NCBI RefSeq assembly: GCF_000017845.1
Contig: NC_010546.1
Span: forward strand, 2,280,001 to 2,312,000
Direction: 5' to 3'
DNA: 32,000 nt
Origin: Crocosphaera subtropica ATCC 51142
Lineage (GTDB): Bacteria > Cyanobacteriota > Cyanobacteriia > Cyanobacteriales > Microcystaceae
Of the stretch, positions 27,470 through 32,000 are shown in pieces (position 1 is the first letter of the stretch; each line of letters starts with the position of its first letter). The notes under the pieces were generated by a model, which had not been told where the DNA came from, did not search any database, and saw nothing but the letters and a program-made list of their open reading frames with translations. The position numbers and the translations under genes were made by a program.

Positions 27470-30382
27470 ATGTCTGATCAGTCTAATTTACCGCTTTTAA
27501 TGCTTATTGATGGTCATTCTTTGGCATTTCGGGCCTATTATGCGTTTGCGAAAGCAAGAAAGGGGCCGTTAAGAACATCAACGGGTATTCCTACCAGTGT
27601 TTGTTTTGGTTTTCTTAATTCTTTAATTCAGGCAATTAAGTTAGAAAATCCCCAATATATAGCCATTGCTTTTGATAGTAAAGAACCCACCTTTCGTCAT
27701 GAAGCGGATGTTAATTACAAAGCGGATAGAAAAGAAACCCCAGAGGATTTTATACCTGATATTCTCAACTTACAACGGTTACTAGAAGCGTTAAATATAA
27801 CGATTATAACTGCCCCTGGATATGAAGCCGATGATGTGTTAGGAACGGTAGCAACCAAAGGGAGTCAAGAAGGTTATCGGGTCAAAATTGTGAGTGGCGA
27901 TCGTGATCTTTTTCAATTGGTTAATGATGATAATCATCTCAGTGTTTTATATTTAGAAAGAAATGCGGTCAAAAGTTCATCAGGAGAAGGGTATACGGAG
28001 TTTAATGTTGAGGCTGTGACGGAAAAAATGGGCATTAAACCGACACAAGTGATTGATTATAAAGCGTTATGTGGGGATAAGTCGGATAATATTCCTGGGG
28101 TTAGGGGAATTGGGGAAAAAACAGCCGTTAAGTTATTAAGTGAATATGGAACGTTAGAAGCTGTTTATAACAATATTGAAGAAATTAAAGGAGCAAATCA
28201 GAAGAAATTAAAGGAAGGAAAAAAAGAAGCAGAGCATTCTCAATATTTAGCTGAAATTGTTACCGATGCACCTTTAGAATTTCAGATAGAAAGGTGTGAA
28301 CTGAAAGGCTTTAATTTTGATGCAGTGAAACCCATCTTAGAAGAATTAGAACTAAAGAAGTTTATCAAAGAAATTAATCAATTACAAGAACATTTCGGCG
28401 GTAATATTACGTTAGAAGTTCATGAAAAAATTAATAAAAATGAAACCCATCAACTTTCTATATTTGATGATGTCCCAGAAAAAGTTGAACCTGTTAATAA
28501 TATAAAGGAAGAAACAAAAGAATCTTTAATTAACCCTCAAATTATCACAGAGATAGAACAATTACATGAATTGGTTGATAAACTTTCAACCTTTACTAAT
28601 GCTAATATTCCTGTTGCTTGGGATACAGAAACAACAGATTTAAACCCCAGACAAGCCAACTTAGTGGGGATAGGTTGTTGTTGGGGAAATAACCCGACAG
28701 ATATTGCTTATATTCCCATTGGACATAAACAAGGAAAACAACTGAAAAAAGAGCAGGTTTTAGATAGCTTACGGACTATTTTAGAAAGTAGTGATTATCC
28801 TAAAGTTTTTCAGAATACTAAATTTGATCGTCTCATTTTCAAACATCAGGCAATTAACCTGGATGGAGTGGTTTTTGATACTATGTTAGCGAGTTATGTC
28901 TTACACCCTGAGAAAAGTCATAAATTAAGTGAGTTATGCGAACAATATCTAGAGGGTATTACTTGCCAAAATTATGACGAGTTAGGCATTAGTAAAAAAC
29001 AGACAATTGCTGATTTAGATATAGAAAAAGTTGCTGAATATTGTGGCATGGATGCTTATGGAACATTCTTGTTAGTAGAACCTTTGAAAAATGAATTGCA
29101 GCAAGTTCCTACCTTAGAACAACTATTATTAGAAGTCGAACAACCCTTAGAAGCTGTATTATCCATTATGGAAGATACAGGAATTTTAATTGATACCGAA
29201 TATTTAGGAAAATTATCTAAGGAACTTGAACAAGAGTTATCGAGTTTAGAAAAAAAAGCTTATGACGCAGCCGAAGAAAAGTTTAATTTAGGATCACCGA
29301 AACAATTAGGAGAAATATTGTTTGAAAAACTAGAACTCAATCGTAAAAAATCAAGAAAAACAAAAACAGGTTATTCAACGGATCATGCTACCTTAGAAAA
29401 ATTAAAAGGGGATCATCCGATTATTGATTATATTTTAGAATACCGTACTTTATCTAAACTAAAATCTACCTATATTGATGCGTTACCCGAATTAGTTAAT
29501 AAAAAAACAAAAAGAATCCATACGAATTTTAATCAGTCTGTAACCGCCACGGGAAGACTATCATCTTCTAACCCTAATTTACAAAATATTCCCATTAGAA
29601 CCGAATTTTCTCGTCAAATAAGACAAGCATTTATTCCTCAAAAAGATTGGTTATTAGTGTCAGCAGATTACTCTCAAATTGAACTGAGAATATTAGCCCA
29701 TCTAAGTCAAGAATCGGTTTTATTAAACGCTTATCAAAATGCAGAAGATGTTCATACTGTCACAGCAAAACTATTATTTGAAAAAGAAGAAATTACACCC
29801 CAAGAAAGAAATTTAGGTAAAACCATTAACTTTGGTGTTATTTATGGAATGGGTTCTCAACGGTTTGCGAGAGAAGCAGGAGTTTCTGCAACAGAAGGAA
29901 AAGAATTTATCAATAAATATCGTCAACGGTATGCCAAAGTATTCGAGTATTTAGAGAATATGAAAAAAGAAGCGATCGCTAATGGATATGTCACCACAAT
30001 TTTAGGAAGACGGCGTTATTTTAACTTTTTTGATGATAACTTATATCGTTTTCGTGGTCATGATCCTCAAACCATTGATCTAAATAAATTAAATATAAAC
30101 TATAATGACTCTCAGTTATTAAGGGCTGCTGCTAATGCACCTATACAGGGATCGAGTGCCGATATTATTAAAATTGCTATGGTGAAAATACAAGAAATAT
30201 TAAACTATTATCAAGCCAATTTATTACTACAAGTTCATGACGAATTAGTATTTGAAATACCAGAAAAAGAATGGGAAGAATTAAATCATAAAATTAAAGA
30301 AACTATGGAAAATGCAGTCAAATTAACTATTCCTTTAGTGGTAGAAATTCATGCCGGTAAAAATTGGATGGAAGCTAAGTAA
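27470..30382 (+). CDS. polA: DNA polymerase I
   Basis: 5'-nuclease domain (LIDGHSLAFRAYYA, GDKSDNIPGVRGIGEKTA). 3'-5' exonuclease motifs (VAWDTETTDL, FQNTKFDRLIF, YCGMDAY). Polymerase motifs (DYSQIELRILAH, RNLGKTINFGVIYGM, LQVHDELVFE). Confidence 0.96.
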   Translation: MSDQSNLPLLMLIDGHSLAFRAYYAFAKARKGPLRTSTGIPTSVCFGFLNSLIQAIKLENPQYIAIAFDSKEPTFRHEADVNYKADRKETPEDFIPDILNLQRLLEALNITIITAPGYEADDVLGTVATKGSQEGYRVKIVSGDRDLFQLVNDDNHLSVLYLERNAVKSSSGEGYTEFNVEAVTEKMGIKPTQVIDYKALCGDKSDNIPGVRGIGEKTAVKLLSEYGTLEAVYNNIEEIKGANQKKLKEGKKEAEHSQYLAEIVTDAPLEFQIERCELKGFNFDAVKPILEELELKKFIKEINQLQEHFGGNITLEVHEKINKNETHQLSIFDDVPEKVEPVNNIKEETKESLINPQIITEIEQLHELVDKLSTFTNANIPVAWDTETTDLNPRQANLVGIGCCWGNNPTDIAYIPIGHKQGKQLKKEQVLDSLRTILESSDYPKVFQNTKFDRLIFKHQAINLDGVVFDTMLASYVLHPEKSHKLSELCEQYLEGITCQNYDELGISKKQTIADLDIEKVAEYCGMDAYGTFLLVEPLKNELQQVPTLEQLLLEVEQPLEAVLSIMEDTGILIDTEYLGKLSKELEQELSSLEKKAYDAAEEKFNLGSPKQLGEILFEKLELNRKKSRKTKTGYSTDHATLEKLKGDHPIIDYILEYRTLSKLKSTYIDALPELVNKKTKRIHTNFNQSVTATGRLSSSNPNLQNIPIRTEFSRQIRQAFIPQKDWLLVSADYSQIELRILAHLSQESVLLNAYQNAEDVHTVTAKLLFEKEEITPQERNLGKTINFGVIYGMGSQRFAREAGVSATEGKEFINKYRQRYAKVFEYLENMKKEAIANGYVTTILGRRRYFNFFDDNLYRFRGHDPQTIDLNKLNINYNDSQLLRAAANAPIQGSSADIIKIAMVKIQEILNYYQANLLLQVHDELVFEIPEKEWEELNHKIKETMENAVKLTIPLVVEIHAGKNWMEAK

Positions 30383-30528
30383 TGTAGAATTTACAATTGT
30401 CATTCCGAGGAAACGAGGAATTTCATTGACATCTTAATCATAAGACCTAATGTTATATTTACTAAAATCAATAATTATGAAATAATAGAATCAATAAACA
30501 TCCCGAAAGAATAAGACATAAATAAAAA

Positions 30529-31659
30529 ATGGTTAATACAACAATACAACCGTCTCGCCACCCCCTTGCAGAATATATTCATCGCTTAGAAAATGGACAA
30601 GCATTATTAAAAGATTCCCCTCAAAACGTTATAGAAGTGGTGGGTATTCTCAAAAGTTATGGTATTATTTTAGATCAGTATTCTCGTAACTTAATTTATA
30701 TTGCTGAACATCAATTTTTAATTTTATTTCCCTTCTTTAAATACTTCAATGGAGAATTTTCTATTGATAAATTACTTCGTCATTGGAACCATAACCGCAC
30801 TAATTTTGAATATGCAGAATATTGTATGAAAGCAATGCTTTGGCATGGCGGTGGTGGGTTAGATAATTATTTAGATACTCCTGAATTTAGGGATAATGTA
30901 GAGAAGGTTATTCAAGCCAAATTTAAAAATAACTTTTTTATGTTAACCCTACATAAAATATTTCCCGAATTTCTCCCTGAACACATGAGAATGATGTCAT
31001 ATTATAGCGGTTTAGGACAATTTTGGCGAGTGATGGCTGATATATTTTTAGACCTTTCTGATCGCTATGATAACGGTGAAATTAAATCAATTCGTGATGT
31101 CGTTCAACACATATTAGATGGCTTAGTTAAAGATGCCGCAAGACCAATAACTTATCAAGTAAAAATAAAAGGAGAAGTTTATGAAGTGTTACCCAAAACA
31201 GCAGGATTAACCTTTTTAATGGACACAGCCGTCCCTTATGTAGAAGCGATCTTTTTTAGAGGAACTCCCTTTCCTGGTACTATTTCTTATAATGCTCAAT
31301 CCTATCAAATTCCTTCAGAGCAAGCCATTTTTACCTACGGTGCATTATACGCTGATCCCTTGCCTGTTGGGGGTGCTGGTATTCCACCTACTTTATTAAT
31401 GCAAGATATGAGTCATCATTTACCCGACTATCTTCATGATCTTTACCGTCAAACTTTTCGGGAAGAAGATGACTTATTGGTACAAATTTGTCAGACTTTT
31501 CAAAAATCCATGTTTTGTGTAACAACGGCTGCCATTCAAGGGTTAGCCCCCCACCCTTTAGACACAACAAATAGTGAAGAACAAAAAGAAAATCGAGCTT
31601 ATTTAGAAGGGTGGATGGATCGATTTAAAACCTCACAAATTCTCATCGTTAATAACTAA
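30529..31659 (+). CDS. cupB: CO2 hydration protein of the NDH-1 CO2-uptake complex (ChpX/CupB type, by size)
   Basis: ChpXY-family sequence (HPLAEYIHRLENGQALLKDSPQNVIEVVGILKSYG...HQFLILFPFFKYFNGE...WHGGGGLDNYLDT). The 376-aa length fits CupB/ChpX rather than the longer CupA/ChpY. Confidence 0.82.
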   Translation: MVNTTIQPSRHPLAEYIHRLENGQALLKDSPQNVIEVVGILKSYGIILDQYSRNLIYIAEHQFLILFPFFKYFNGEFSIDKLLRHWNHNRTNFEYAEYCMKAMLWHGGGGLDNYLDTPEFRDNVEKVIQAKFKNNFFMLTLHKIFPEFLPEHMRMMSYYSGLGQFWRVMADIFLDLSDRYDNGEIKSIRDVVQHILDGLVKDAARPITYQVKIKGEVYEVLPKTAGLTFLMDTAVPYVEAIFFRGTPFPGTISYNAQSYQIPSEQAIFTYGALYADPLPVGGAGIPPTLLMQDMSHHLPDYLHDLYRQTFREEDDLLVQICQTFQKSMFCVTTAAIQGLAPHPLDTTNSEEQKENRAYLEGWMDRFKTSQILIVNN

Positions 31660-31667
31660 AAATGTAA

Positions 31668-31690
31668 GGTGAGCAATGCCCACCCTACGG
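31668..31690. repeat. imperfect palindromic element GGTGAGCAATGCCCACC(CTACGG) downstream of cupB (hairpin; possible terminator or dispersed repeat)
   Basis: GGTGAGC / GCCCACC arms with one mismatch around a 3-nt loop, 9 nt after the cupB stop. It resembles the GGTGGGCAATGCCCACCCTAC-type palindromic repeat I recall from Chroococcales genomes. Confidence 0.45.
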
Positions 31691-31832
31691 ATAAGAATAA
31701 TAAATTTGTGTAATAAAAACTTATGAATTAGTTACAGAAATTCAATAAAACCCTCTATACAAAATAACCAATTTACGGGATAATTAGGCACAGATGAAAG
31801 TCTAAACTAAGTCGAAATCCCTATCTTTCCCC

Positions 31833-32000
31833 ATGAAAAAATTAATTGAAGGACTACAAAAATTCCAGACAGGTTATTTTAGTTCTCATCGCGAACTATT
31901 TGAAGAATTATCTCACGGACAACACCCTCGTATTCTATTTATCACCTGTTCTGACTCTCGCGTTGATCCTAATTTAATCACACAAGCAGAAGTTGGGGAA
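31833..32000 (+). CDS. beta-class carbonic anhydrase, 5' portion (runs off the window)
   Basis: Hand-translated; not in the ORF track because it is truncated: MKKLIEGLQKFQTGYFSSHRELFEELSHGQHPRILFITCSDSRVDPNLITQAEVGE. It contains the beta-CA signature GQxP..L.I.CSDSRV.P. Confidence 0.85.
   Translation, partial: MKKLIEGLQKFQTGYFSSHRELFEELSHGQHPRILFITCSDSRVDPNLITQAEVGE

Noticed and set aside
1-32000. Searched by eye for tRNA/rRNA genes, CRISPR repeats, IS elements, integrases or phage genes that would mark the central block as a mobile island
   Set aside because: None was recognised. The central block looks more AT-rich than cphA or glgB, but I could not quantify this. HIP1 sites occur inside the block (e.g. 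5526, 6873, 9066, 13264, 16965, 17708), which argues for long residence in a cyanobacterial genome.

Overview
This is a chromosomal window from a cyanobacterium. The evidence is at least 14 copies of the HIP1 octamer GCGATCGC (e.g. 1885-1892, 5526-5533, 22691-22698), cyanophycin synthetase, and a ChpX/CupB-type CO2-hydration protein. The AT-rich composition and short palindromic spacer elements suggest a unicellular Cyanothece/Crocosphaera/Microcystis-like lineage, but that is a guess. Both ends look like ordinary housekeeping. On the left are the cphA 3' part, clpS, a CPBP intramembrane protease and a type IV pilin-like gene. On the right are glgB, a TPR protein, two small conserved-looking ORFs, an ABC1 kinase, a mannose-1-P guanylyltransferase, polA, cupB and the start of a beta-carbonic anhydrase. 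The centre (about 4.2-19.2 kb) is a signalling and secretion block arranged divergently around one spacer (12511-12879). Leftward run a PAS-GGDEF-EAL protein, tpsB, and a tpsA whose exoprotein ends in a CHAT (caspase-like) protease with an intact His/Cys dyad. Rightward run a glutaminase-STAS-cNMP-binding fusion, a DUF928-type secreted protein, a CHASE2 class III nucleotide cyclase with Glu/Gly (guanylate-cyclase-type) specificity residues, and an MBL-fold hydrolase. I consider this block the best candidate for an undescribed system: an envelope protease/ligand/CHASE2 sensor circuit with a cyclic-nucleotide output. I recognised no rRNA, tRNA, CRISPR array, transposase or integrase by eye. All family assignments come from motif recognition in the supplied translations, not from database searches.
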